The notes under the pieces are model-generated. The model saw nothing but the letters and a program-made list of their open reading frames with translations. It did no database searches and was not told the DNA's origin. A program made the translations under genes and the position numbers. DNA of 64,000 nucleotides from an uncultured Clostridia bacterium (GTDB taxonomy: Bacteria > Bacillota > Clostridia > TANB77 > CAG-508): assembly GCA_944387425.1 (NCBI GenBank), contig CALXEV010000002.1, positions 13,673-77,672 on the forward strand, given 5' to 3'. Of this stretch, positions 19,231-27,899 are shown one piece after another (within the stretch, counting starts at the first letter, position 1; every line of letters begins with the position of its first letter).

Positions 19231-19260
19231 AACAAGGGAGTTATTTCAACTCCCTTGTCC
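19231..19260 (-). terminator. Terminator of the ankyrin gene
   Basis: On the minus strand, the stem caagggagt/actcccttg is followed by ttcattttt. Confidence 0.65.
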
Positions 19261-19263
19261 ATT

Positions 19264-19725
19264 TTACTTTTTAATATAGTTATTCAAGATGTTCAAAATA
19301 ACATCAGAATAATGTTCTCTGCTATTAGCCAATTCCAAAGTTCTTTTGGTAACTGTAGCACCATGTTCACAAAGAAACTTGATAGTTTCAATTTGTTCAC
19401 ACATGACTGCAGAATAAAGTGGTCTGTCGCGATACTTTCTGGAAGATTTGAGGTTTACTGGAACACCATGATTAACAAGATATTCAAGCATACTGATATT
19501 CCCAGAAGCTGAAGCAAAAATCATTGCAGTTTCTTTAACTTCTTGCAAATCAATACCATGTTCAAGAAGCCAAATAGCGGTTTCAGTTTGATTTGCACAA
19601 ATAGCACAAATAAAAACATGATCACATCTTTCGTGAATATTTGCGCCGTTTTTAATCATCCTATCAAGACCATTAATATCTCCAAGTTCAGCCAACCGAT
19701 AGAAAAAGTCATAGTTAATCTGCAT
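19264..19725 (-). CDS. Small ankyrin-repeat protein
   Basis: There are three to four ANK-like units (LAELGDINGLDRMIKNGANIH; TAIWLLEHGIDL; GNISMLEYLVNHGVPVN; IETIKFLCEHGATV). The second ATG (19725) has a GGAGGT RBS 7 nt upstream, whereas the track start 19740 lies inside that RBS. Confidence 0.75.
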   Translation of the reverse strand: MQINYDFFYRLAELGDINGLDRMIKNGANIHERCDHVFICAICANQTETAIWLLEHGIDLQEVKETAMIFASASGNISMLEYLVNHGVPVNLKSSRKYRDRPLYSAVMCEQIETIKFLCEHGATVTKRTLELANSREHYSDVILNILNNYIKK

Positions 19726-19873
19726 AGAAACTACCTCCATTTAGTCTGTGAAATTAATAGCATACTAACAAATTCTACATATGGAATTTTCCATAAGCTA
19801 TAACATTATAACACAAAGTTACATAAAACGCAATGATTGTAGTAAATAAGTTTATTAAGAAGCCTGATTTTTA

Positions 19874-19902
19874 TTGACAAAACGGATTATTATATTTATA
19901 AT
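19874..19902 (+). promoter_or_regulatory. Consensus sigma-A promoter of pflBA
   Basis: TTGACA (19874-19879), a 17-nt spacer and TATAAT (19897-19902). Confidence 0.65.
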
Positions 19903-19955
19903 AGCAGATGGATAAAAAATATTAAAAAGTTAATAATAATAACGGAGGTATAAAT

Positions 19956-22193
19956 ATGGATTTTGAACAATGGAAAGGATTTGAAGATGGTGAGTGGAAA
20001 AGAAGAATAGATGTAAGAAACTTTATTCAAAAAAACTACACACCATATGAAGGTGATTCAAGCTTTTTAGCTGGAACAACAGAAAAAACAAAAAAACTAT
20101 GGGATGAAGTATTAGAACTATACAAAAAAGAACATGATTCAGAAGGTGGAGTGCTAGATATAGACACAAAAACAATATCAACAGTATCAAGCCATGAAGC
20201 AGGATATATAGATAAAGATTTAGAAGAAATAGTAGGACTTCAAACAGATGCTCCACTAAAAAGAGCAATAATGCCGTTTGGAGGTATAAAAATAGTAGAA
20301 AAATCATGTGAAGCATATGGAAGAAAAGTTGACCCAGAAGTAGACGAAATATTCCATTCTGTAAGAAAAACACATAATGATGGAGTATTTAGTGTATATA
20401 CACCTGATATAAGAGCAGCAAGAAGTTCACATTTAATCACAGGATTACCTGATGGATACGGAAGAGGAAGAATAATAGGAGATTACAGAAGAGTTGCTTT
20501 ATATGGTATAGATGCATTAATAGATGAGAAAAAAGAAGAATTAGAAATATTAAATGTAGATAACTTTACAGAAGACGTAATTAGAGAAAGAGAAGAAATA
20601 TTTGAACAAATAAAAGCATTAGAACAATTAAAAGTAATGGCTTCAAAATATGGATTTGATATTTCAAAACCAGCAACAAACGCAAAAGAAGCTGTTCAAT
20701 GGTTATATTTCGGATATTTAGGAGCAGTTAAAGATCAAAATGGTGCTGCAATGAGTATTGGTAGAACATCAACATTCTTAGATATTTACTTTGAAAGAGA
20801 TTTTAAAAATGGAACATTAACAGAAGAACAAGCACAAGAAATTATGGACCATTTTGTAATGAAACTAAGATTAGTAAGATTTTTAAGAACACCTGAATAT
20901 AACGAATTATTTAGTGGAGATCCAGTTTGGGTAACAGAAAGCATCGGAGGAATGGGAATAGACGGAAGAACATTAGTTACAAAAAATTCATTCAGAATAT
21001 TACACACATTAGAAAACTTAGGACCAGCTCCAGAACCAAACTTAACAGTATTATGGTCAACAAGGCTACCAGAAGGATTCAAAAAATACACAGCTAATTT
21101 ATCAATCAAAACATCATCAATTCAATATGAAAATGACGATGTAATGAGAGCAACATTAGGCGATGACTATGGAATTGCTTGTTGTGTATCACCTATGAAA
21201 ATAGGAAAACAAATGCAATTCTTTGGAGCAAGAGCTAATCTAGCAAAAACACTATTATATGCAATAAATGGTGGTAGAGATGAAAAAACAGGAAAACAAG
21301 TGACACCAAGATTTGAACCAATAACGTCAGAATATTTAAATTATGATGAAGTAATATACAAATTTGACCAAATGATGGATTATGTAGCAAAAATTTATAT
21401 AAAAGCATTAAATGCAATTCATTATATGCATGACAAATATTCTTATGAAGCAATAGAAATGGCTTTACATGATAAAGACATAATTAGAACGATGGCATGT
21501 GGAATAGCTGGATTATCAGTTGTAGCAGATTCATTATCAGCTATAAAATATGCTAAAGTTAAAGTAATAAGAGATGAAACTGGATTAGCAGTAGATTATA
21601 AAATCGAAGGAGATTATCCACAATTCGGAAATGATGATGACAGAGTTGATCAAATTGCAGTAAATGTAGTTAAGAAGTTTTTAAACAAAATAAAGAAACA
21701 CCCAACATATAGAAATTCAAAACACACATTATCAATATTAACAATAACATCAAATGTAGTATATGGAAAAGCAACAGGAAATACACCAGACGGAAGACGT
21801 GCAGGAGCACCATTTGGACCTGGAGCAAACCCATTACATGGTAGAGATGTAAATGGAGCATTAGCAGTAATGAATTCAATTGCAAAACTACCATTTGAAG
21901 ATTCAGAAGATGGAATTTCTTATACATTCTCAATTACACCAGGAACACTTGGACAAGATGAAGAAACAAAAGTAAACAATTTAGTCAATATGTTAGATGG
22001 ATACTTTGCTCAAACAGGACATCACATTAATGTAAATGTATTTGATAGAGCATTATTAGAAGATGCAATGGAACATCCTGAGAAATACCCTCAATTAACA
22101 ATTAGAGTTTCAGGATATGCTGTTCACTTCACAAAACTTACAAGAGAACAACAATTAGATGTTATAAATAGAACAATTCATGAGAGGATATAA
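19956..22193 (+). CDS. pflB: Pyruvate formate-lyase (glycyl radical enzyme)
   Basis: The 745-aa protein has the active-site CCVS (GIACCVSPM) and the glycyl-radical motif RVSGYAVHF near the C-terminus. Confidence 0.95.
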   Translation: MDFEQWKGFEDGEWKRRIDVRNFIQKNYTPYEGDSSFLAGTTEKTKKLWDEVLELYKKEHDSEGGVLDIDTKTISTVSSHEAGYIDKDLEEIVGLQTDAPLKRAIMPFGGIKIVEKSCEAYGRKVDPEVDEIFHSVRKTHNDGVFSVYTPDIRAARSSHLITGLPDGYGRGRIIGDYRRVALYGIDALIDEKKEELEILNVDNFTEDVIREREEIFEQIKALEQLKVMASKYGFDISKPATNAKEAVQWLYFGYLGAVKDQNGAAMSIGRTSTFLDIYFERDFKNGTLTEEQAQEIMDHFVMKLRLVRFLRTPEYNELFSGDPVWVTESIGGMGIDGRTLVTKNSFRILHTLENLGPAPEPNLTVLWSTRLPEGFKKYTANLSIKTSSIQYENDDVMRATLGDDYGIACCVSPMKIGKQMQFFGARANLAKTLLYAINGGRDEKTGKQVTPRFEPITSEYLNYDEVIYKFDQMMDYVAKIYIKALNAIHYMHDKYSYEAIEMALHDKDIIRTMACGIAGLSVVADSLSAIKYAKVKVIRDETGLAVDYKIEGDYPQFGNDDDRVDQIAVNVVKKFLNKIKKHPTYRNSKHTLSILTITSNVVYGKATGNTPDGRRAGAPFGPGANPLHGRDVNGALAVMNSIAKLPFEDSEDGISYTFSITPGTLGQDEETKVNNLVNMLDGYFAQTGHHINVNVFDRALLEDAMEHPEKYPQLTIRVSGYAVHFTKLTREQQLDVINRTIHERI

Positions 22194-22921
22194 TGGAAAA
22201 AGATTTGAAATATTATGCAAAAGTACACTCAGTTGAAAGTTTTGGAACTGTTGATGGACCTGGAATAAGATTTGTATTGTTTTTACAAGGTTGTCATTTA
22301 CAATGCAAATATTGTCATAACAGAGATACATGGGATTTAAACGGTGGAGAATATAAGACATTAGACGAAATATTTGAAAAGATTAAAAGGTATAAAAATT
22401 ATATAATTCCATCAGGTGGAGGAGTTACTGTAACAGGTGGAGAACCTCTGTTACAGGTTAAGTTTTTAATAAAATTATTTAAAAAGTTAAAAGAAGAAAA
22501 AATCACAACATGTATTGATACATCTGGAATGGTAAGTTTAACAGAAGATATAAAAGAAGTGTTAAAACTTACTGATTTGGTTTTATTAGATATAAAGCAC
22601 ATAGATAATGAAAAATGTAAAAAACTAGTGGGAGTATCTAATAAAAAGGAATTAGAGTTTGCAAAATATTTAAGTGAAAATAATATAAGAATGTGGATTA
22701 GACAGGTTCTTGTTCCTGGCTATACAGATGATGAAAAAGATTTGTTGAAATTAAAAAAATTTATAAGTACACTAAAGACAGTAGAGAAAATTCAAATTTT
22801 GCCATATCATAGCATGGGAAAATTTAAGTGGGAAAAGTTAGGTGTAAAATATGAATTAGAAGGAGTGCGTGATGCAACTCAAGCTGATGTTGATAGAGCT
22901 AAAAAAATATTGGAGATTTGA
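22193..22921 (+). CDS. pflA: Pyruvate formate-lyase activating enzyme (radical SAM)
   Basis: The radical-SAM cluster motif is CHLQCKYCHN and the GGGVTVTGGEP SAM motif is present. The start overlaps the pflB stop (taATGg). Confidence 0.93.
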   Translation: MEKDLKYYAKVHSVESFGTVDGPGIRFVLFLQGCHLQCKYCHNRDTWDLNGGEYKTLDEIFEKIKRYKNYIIPSGGGVTVTGGEPLLQVKFLIKLFKKLKEEKITTCIDTSGMVSLTEDIKEVLKLTDLVLLDIKHIDNEKCKKLVGVSNKKELEFAKYLSENNIRMWIRQVLVPGYTDDEKDLLKLKKFISTLKTVEKIQILPYHSMGKFKWEKLGVKYELEGVRDATQADVDRAKKILEI

Positions 22922-23007
22922 CAAACAGTGCCGGTTCTCTTTTGCTATTGCAATTGGTACCGGTTCTTTTTTGCCATTTTGACATTTGGTGCTGGTTCTC
23001 TTTTGCA
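22918..23007 (+). repeat. Three tandem module-2 repeat units of about 30 nt each
   Basis: The units are ttgacaaacagtgccggttctcttttgc, tattgcaattggtaccggttcttttttgcc and attttgacatttggtgctggttctcttttgca. The first unit contains the pflA stop codon TGA (22919-22921). Confidence 0.8.
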
Positions 23008-23123
23008 ATTTTTAGCATTTAAGCACAAAATTTTAAAAAACACTACAAATTTTAATAAAAGTATGATAAAATAGCGGAAGAAAAAGCTTTTTAACAAAAA
23101 AGAAAGAAAGGATTGATAAAACA

Positions 23124-23831
23124 ATGTCAGAAGCAAAGTATAAAAGAGTACTTTTAAAGCTAAGTGGAGAAGCTTTAGCAGGAGAACAAAAAGTAGGAGT
23201 TAATGCTAAAGTTGTAGGCGAGATTTGTGACAAAATCAAAGAAGTAATAGACATGGGCGTTCAAGTAGCAATAGTTGTCGGAGGCGGAAACTTCTGGAGA
23301 GGCAGAAATGGTCATGAAATGGAAAGAACAACTGCCGACTATATGGGAATGCTTGCAACATCAATGAATGCATTAGCATTACAAGACGCTTTAGAAACTA
23401 GAGGGGTTAATTCTAGAGTACAAACTGCAATAGAAATGAGAGAAATTGCAGAACCATTTATCCAAAGAAAAGCAGAAAAACATTTAAACAGAGGAAGAGT
23501 AGTAATATTTGCTTGTGGTACTGGACATCCATATTTTACAACAGACACAGCTGCGGTGCTAAGAGCGACAGAAATAAAAGCAGATATAATATTATTAGGA
23601 AAAGCAATAGATGCTGTATATTCAGCAGATCCTAAAATACAACCAGATGCAATAAGATTTGAAGAAATATCATATTTAGATGTACTAAATAAAGATTTAA
23701 AAGTTATGGATTCAACTGCTACAGCAATGTGTAGAGATAATAATATTCCATTATTAGTGTTTGGAATAGCTGACCCAGAAAATATTGTAAGAGCAGTAAA
23801 AGGTGAAAAAATCGGAACAATAGTGTCTTAA
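23124..23831 (+). CDS. pyrH: UMP kinase
   Basis: The N-terminal [12 protein letters not shown] and the motifs [10 protein letters not shown] and [13 protein letters not shown] are present. Confidence 0.95.
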   Translation: MSEAKYKRVLLKLSGEALAGEQKVGVNAKVVGEICDKIKEVIDMGVQVAIVVGGGNFWRGRNGHEMERTTADYMGMLATSMNALALQDALETRGVNSRVQTAIEMREIAEPFIQRKAEKHLNRGRVVIFACGTGHPYFTTDTAAVLRATEIKADIILLGKAIDAVYSADPKIQPDAIRFEEISYLDVLNKDLKVMDSTATAMCRDNNIPLLVFGIADPENIVRAVKGEKIGTIVS

Positions 23832-23842
23832 TAAAAAAATAA

Positions 23843-23898
23843 CAAAAAAGACCCGGTCCCAATTGGCAAAGTGCCAAAAAAGACCCGGTCCCAAATGG
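23843..23898 (-). repeat. Two tandem variant module-2 units
   Basis: caaaaaagacccggtcccaattggcaaa (23843-23870) and gtgccaaaaaagacccggtcccaaatgg (23871-23898). Their reverse complement, catttgggaccgggtcttttttgg, parallels module 2, catttggtgccggttcttttttgc. Confidence 0.7.
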
Positions 23899-23912
23899 AA
23901 GGAGAAAAAATT

Positions 23913-24461
23913 ATGGACTATACAAATTTAAAAGAAAGAATGGAAAAATCAATAGGAGCTTATACAGAAAAATTAGCAGAAATAAGAGCTGGAAGAGCAA
24001 ATCCAGCAATACTAAACAAAATAAAAATAGACTATTACGGAACACCAACACCAATAAATCAAGTGGCTGGAATATCAGTTCCAGAAGCAAGGTTAATAGT
24101 TATCCAACCATGGGATATGAGTGTATTAAAAGAAATTGAAAAAGCAATACTTGCATCAGATATAGGAATAAACCCAAATAATGATGGAAAAGTCATAAGA
24201 CTAGCTTTCCCTGAATTAAATGAAGAGAGAAGAAAAGAATTAGTTAAAGAAATTAAGAAAATAGCTGAAGAAGCCAAAGTTGCAATAAGAGCAATAAGAA
24301 GAGATGGAATAGATGAAGCAAAAGCAAAACAAAAAAATAGTGAAATTACAGAAGATGAATTAAAATCCGCAGAAGCTGAAATTCAAAAAATAACAGACAA
24401 AAACATTGAACAAGTAGACAAAATACTATCAGACAAAGAAAATGAAGTAATGAGTATATAA
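23913..24461 (+). CDS. frr: Ribosome recycling factor
   Basis: Frr-typical sequence is present (RAGRANPAILNKIKIDYYGTPTPINQVAGISVPEARLIVIQPWD). ATG 23913 is preceded by the RBS ggaaggag. The track start 23871 lies inside the repeat. Confidence 0.93.
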   Translation: MDYTNLKERMEKSIGAYTEKLAEIRAGRANPAILNKIKIDYYGTPTPINQVAGISVPEARLIVIQPWDMSVLKEIEKAILASDIGINPNNDGKVIRLAFPELNEERRKELVKEIKKIAEEAKVAIRAIRRDGIDEAKAKQKNSEITEDELKSAEAEIQKITDKNIEQVDKILSDKENEVMSI

Positions 24462-24514
24462 AAATGGAAAAAAGTAGAAATAAGCGGAAGATTTGCTTTA
24501 GGAAGGAATAAAAA

Positions 24515-25228
24515 ATGGAATTTGATAAAGAAAATATGCCAAAACATATCGCTATAATAATGGATGGAAATAGAAGATGGGCTAGAGCACAAGGAAAACC
24601 AGCAAGTTTTGGACATAAAGAAGGGGCAAAAACATTAGAAAAAATTGTAAGATATGCAAATAAAATAGGACTAGAGCATATTACAGTATATGCATTTTCA
24701 ACAGAAAATTGGAAAAGAGCAGAAGAAGAAGTTAGTGCATTAATGTTATTACTACAAAATTATCTTGATGACTATAGCAAAAGAGCTGATTCAGAGAATA
24801 TTAAGGTTAAAATTCTTGGTGATATAACAGCACTTTCACCAAAAATGCAAAAAAGTATTATAAACTGTATGGAAAGAACAAAAAATAATACAGGTGTAGT
24901 ATTCAATATAGCATTAAATTATGGTGGAAGAGACGAAATCACAAGAGCAGTTAAAAAAATTGCAACAAAAGTAAAAGAAGGAGAAATAAATGTTGATGAT
25001 ATAAATGAAGAACTTATATCAAATGAACTATATACTGTGGGTCAACCTGATCCTGATTTGGTAATAAGAACAAGTGGAGAAAAAAGACTAAGTAATTTCT
25101 TGCCATGGCAATCAACATATTCAGAACTTTTAATTATAGACAAAAATTGGCCAGATTTTAATGAACAAGATTTAGATAATGCAATAATAGAATACCAAAA
25201 AAGAACAAGAAAATTTGGAGCAAACTAA
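24515..25228 (+). CDS. uppS: Undecaprenyl diphosphate synthase (isoprenyl transferase)
   Basis: The motifs HIAIIMDGNRRWA, FSTENWKR and RTSGEKRLSNFLPWQ are present. Confidence 0.95.
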   Translation: MEFDKENMPKHIAIIMDGNRRWARAQGKPASFGHKEGAKTLEKIVRYANKIGLEHITVYAFSTENWKRAEEEVSALMLLLQNYLDDYSKRADSENIKVKILGDITALSPKMQKSIINCMERTKNNTGVVFNIALNYGGRDEITRAVKKIATKVKEGEINVDDINEELISNELYTVGQPDPDLVIRTSGEKRLSNFLPWQSTYSELLIIDKNWPDFNEQDLDNAIIEYQKRTRKFGAN

Positions 25229-25269
25229 ATAAAATAAACAGTAGAAAAAAGTGGAAAAAAGGAGAAAAA

Positions 25270-26085
25270 ATGGATTTTAAAAGAATACTTTCAGCATTAT
25301 TAGGTTTTCCTTTAGTAGTAATAATGTTGATATTTGGAAATAAATATGTAGTAGATATATTTTTGTCAGCAATTGCATTATTATCAATGCAAGAATACTT
25401 TAATGCAGTATCCAAAGATGCTAAGCCTGTAAGATGGGTAGGATATTTATCTTGTATTATTATTGCATTAATACATATTGTGCCAGAAAATGTTTCGGAA
25501 GCAAAATTGAACTTAATAAAATTAATACTACTACCAACAATAATGTTAATTTTATTTGCTCAAGTAATAATAACAAACATGAAAACAAATTTTAAAGATA
25601 TAGCTTATACTCTTTTTGGAATGGCTTATGTAGTCGGATTTACACTTTTTGTAGCATTAATAAGGGGTATGGATAATGGAAGAATACTAATATGGTATGC
25701 AATAATAGCAGCATGGGGAACAGATACATTTGCTTATTTTATTGGAAAAAAATTTGGAAAACATAAATTTAGCTCAATAAGTCCAAAGAAATCATTAGAA
25801 GGATGTATAGCAGGAATAATAGGAGCAGTAGTTTTAGCTATAATCTACACGATTGCTATTAACTCAATATATGATATGGGATATCGATATATTTATGTAT
25901 TTTTGGCAACAATACTTTTAAGCATAATAAGCCAAATTGGAGATTTTGCAGCATCTAGTATAAAAAGATTTGTTAATGTAAAAGATTATAGTAACTTGAT
26001 ACCAGGACATGGTGGAATGTTAGATAGAATAGATAGTTTAATATTTTTAGCACCATTTGCATATGTATTTTTTAATATAATATAA
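25270..26085 (+). CDS. cdsA: Phosphatidate cytidylyltransferase
   Basis: A polytopic membrane protein with the CTP-transferase signature SxIKRxxxVKDxxxLIPGHGGMLDRIDS. Confidence 0.92.
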   Translation: MDFKRILSALLGFPLVVIMLIFGNKYVVDIFLSAIALLSMQEYFNAVSKDAKPVRWVGYLSCIIIALIHIVPENVSEAKLNLIKLILLPTIMLILFAQVIITNMKTNFKDIAYTLFGMAYVVGFTLFVALIRGMDNGRILIWYAIIAAWGTDTFAYFIGKKFGKHKFSSISPKKSLEGCIAGIIGAVVLAIIYTIAINSIYDMGYRYIYVFLATILLSIISQIGDFAASSIKRFVNVKDYSNLIPGHGGMLDRIDSLIFLAPFAYVFFNII

Positions 26086-26115
26086 TTGCTTACTATGTCA
26101 GAGGAGGAAAATTAG

Positions 26116-26886
26116 TTGGTCAATTTTATAGTAAATGCAATAAAAATAATATTTTTATTAGGATTTTTGATTTTCATACATGAGGGAGGCCATTTTCTTG
26201 TCGCAAAACTTTGCAAAGTAAAAGTAAATGAATTTGCAATAGGATTTGGAAAAAAAATCTGGCAAAAACAAGGAAAAGAAACAACATACACAATTAGAAT
26301 GATTCCTCTTGGTGGATTTTGTGCTATGGAAGGAGAAGATGAAGAATCAGATGATGAAGCTTCATTTGCCAAAGCAAATGTATGGAAAAGAATTGCAATA
26401 GTTCTTGCAGGAGCAACAGTCAATATAATATTTGGAATATTAGTATATTTTATCTTGATGGCAACAGCTGGAATAGAATTTGCAAACCCTACAATGGATA
26501 CAATATTAAATAGAATTTATTATGCGGGTCAAGCAACAGGAACATTTATATTAACAATGTTTGAGAGTATAAAAATGTTATTCACAGGTGGTTTAGCAAC
26601 AGACCAAATGGTTGGAATTGTTGGAATATCAGAAATTGTTGTAAATACAAATGGAATACTAAATTATATATATTTATTGTCAGTAATCTCTGTTTCATTA
26701 GGCGTAACCAATTTACTTCCAATACCTGCTTTAGATGGTGGAAAATTAGTAATTTTAATAATAGAAGTAATAAGAAGAAAACCTATGAAAATAGAAACGG
26801 AAGCAAAAATACAATTAATAGGATTTTCATTATTAATGGCAATATTTTTACTTGTTACTTATAATGATATAATGAGAATATTTTAA
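26116..26886 (+). CDS. rseP: Site-2 (M50, RseP-like) intramembrane zinc metalloprotease, a short form with no PDZ domain
   Basis: The HEGGHFLVAK (HExxH) motif is in TM1 and the NLLPIPALDGG motif is present. The protein is only 256 aa, with a short linker where the PDZ domain(s) normally sit. The start is TTG, preceded by the RBS gaggagg. Confidence 0.85.
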   Translation: MVNFIVNAIKIIFLLGFLIFIHEGGHFLVAKLCKVKVNEFAIGFGKKIWQKQGKETTYTIRMIPLGGFCAMEGEDEESDDEASFAKANVWKRIAIVLAGATVNIIFGILVYFILMATAGIEFANPTMDTILNRIYYAGQATGTFILTMFESIKMLFTGGLATDQMVGIVGISEIVVNTNGILNYIYLLSVISVSLGVTNLLPIPALDGGKLVILIIEVIRRKPMKIETEAKIQLIGFSLLMAIFLLVTYNDIMRIF

Positions 26887-26916
26887 AAAATCAGAGTTTA
26901 TAAACTCTGATTTTTT
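26885..26916. terminator. Bidirectional terminator between the rseP-like gene and the convergent ORF
   Basis: A perfect palindrome, aaaaaatcagagttta/taaactctgatttttt. Confidence 0.75.
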
Positions 26917-27386
26917 GCTTGTAATTCAACTTCTGAATCTACTGTTGTAGTATAATACCAAACTCCATCTTGTTGAATGCCTCTTGCATAATATATGTGA
27001 TGGCTTTGTGCATCTATTATATAAACATCATCTTTAGTCAAAGTATCATTTTCATTAGTTATAGAATTAAAATCAAGTCCATAATTTAATGTAACACCTT
27101 CTATTGCTTTTAAATCTATTACATAATACTCTCCACTATCATTTGGTTGCATTGTAAAATTAATATCACCTATATATCTTATTTCTATTGGTAAAGCTCC
27201 ATATCTTACATAATACGAATTAATTTTATCATCAAGTATTTCTATGTCATTTTCCATCATATTTAAATTTCTCATTTTAATACCATTTTTTGCATTATAA
27301 ATTAACATAGATGATATAATAATTAAAACTATAACAGTTATTGTTAATGATATTAAACTTATTCCTGAGTTTTTACTTTTTTTCAT
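26898..27386 (-). CDS. Hypothetical secreted or anchored protein with a prepilin-like N-terminus
   Basis: An RBS (aaggaag) lies upstream. The N-terminus MKKSKNSG/ISLISLTITVIVLIII fits the class III (prepilin) leader pattern except that Glu+5 is replaced by Ser. Confidence 0.55.
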   Translation of the reverse strand: MKKSKNSGISLISLTITVIVLIIISSMLIYNAKNGIKMRNLNMMENDIEILDDKINSYYVRYGALPIEIRYIGDINFTMQPNDSGEYYVIDLKAIEGVTLNYGLDFNSITNENDTLTKDDVYIIDAQSHHIYYARGIQQDGVWYYTTTVDSEVELQAKNQSL

Positions 27387-27499
27387 TTGTTGCTTCCTTT
27401 CTTTTTCATTAAGGTATAACCTTAATGATAAATGTTAAATTAATTATATCAATAAAGATTAGTTAAATCAATAGTTTTATATAAAATTAAGCATAAGGT

Positions 27500-27781
27500 A
27501 TGAAAGTAGAAAACAATAAGAGTACAAAGTATATAACAGTTTATCCAACGGGCTCAGAAACAGAAATATCATATAGTTATGGTTTGTGGCAATCTAATTA
27601 TGGGGATTCAATATATGAAATTAGTGGAGGAATTGTTGATACAAAAGGGTGGTTTTCTGATTGTACTGGAGAATTACTTTCAGGAGGATATTTCGTAAGA
27701 GGAGTAAGCCATAATAGAGAGTTATTACAAGGAATATTTGCTTTTACTGATAATCATGAACAAAAAGATTGGGATGTATAG
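27500..27781 (+). CDS. Hypothetical 93-aa protein; possibly the C-terminal remnant of a pilin-like protein
   Basis: The ORF has a weak RBS and is followed by a good terminator. The tail YFVRGVSH...GIFAF resembles the RGG...G(I/L)FAF tail seen in some prepilin-type proteins, recalled from memory and unverified. Confidence 0.35.
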   Translation: MKVENNKSTKYITVYPTGSETEISYSYGLWQSNYGDSIYEISGGIVDTKGWFSDCTGELLSGGYFVRGVSHNRELLQGIFAFTDNHEQKDWDV

Positions 27782-27815
27782 GATAGTTTTAATATGTGAG
27801 TGATGAAAAAAGATA

Positions 27816-27844
27816 AAATAGCAAGTTAATCTTGCTATTTTTTT
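27816..27844 (+). terminator. Rho-independent terminator
   Basis: The stem aaatagcaag (27816-27825) pairs with cttgctattt (27831-27840), followed by a T-run. Confidence 0.75.
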
Positions 27845-27899
27845 GCATTTGTAGTAAAATATAGAAACGAAAGTAACGAATTCAAAGGGAGGAAAAACA

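Noticed and set aside
19165-19803. Plus-strand ORFs 19165..19512 and 19543..19803
   Set aside because: They are antisense to the ankyrin-repeat gene, which has a recognisable repeat structure, an RBS and a terminator. The first one also starts inside the composite repeat.
22918-23007. A possible mini-CRISPR array (three ~30-nt direct repeats)
   Set aside because: The units are directly abutting, with no unique spacers between them. No cas genes are present, and the same unit occurs singly elsewhere as part of the composite repeat.
27406-27427. The hairpin cattaaggtataaccttaatg, and the segment agctaaggtaccc at 53226-53240, as degenerate module-1 copies
   Set aside because: They share only the taaggta string with the repeat core. 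They lack the TTGYCA/TGRCAA arms and the CGTCCC half, so the similarity may be chance in AT-rich DNA.
26898-27781. A type IV pilus or competence pseudopilin locus
   Set aside because: There is only one ORF with a prepilin-like leader, which lacks Glu+5, and one oppositely oriented fragment-like ORF. No pilB/pilC/pilD-type genes are present, so the evidence is too thin to name a system.
27782-27899. T-box or other leader upstream of aspS, and likewise upstream of leuS (58929-59060)
   Set aside because: The regions are too short (about 55 nt after the terminator for aspS and about 35 nt of leader for leuS). They lack the AGAGA, specifier and T-box (GGUGGNAC) elements that are readily visible in the pheS leader.
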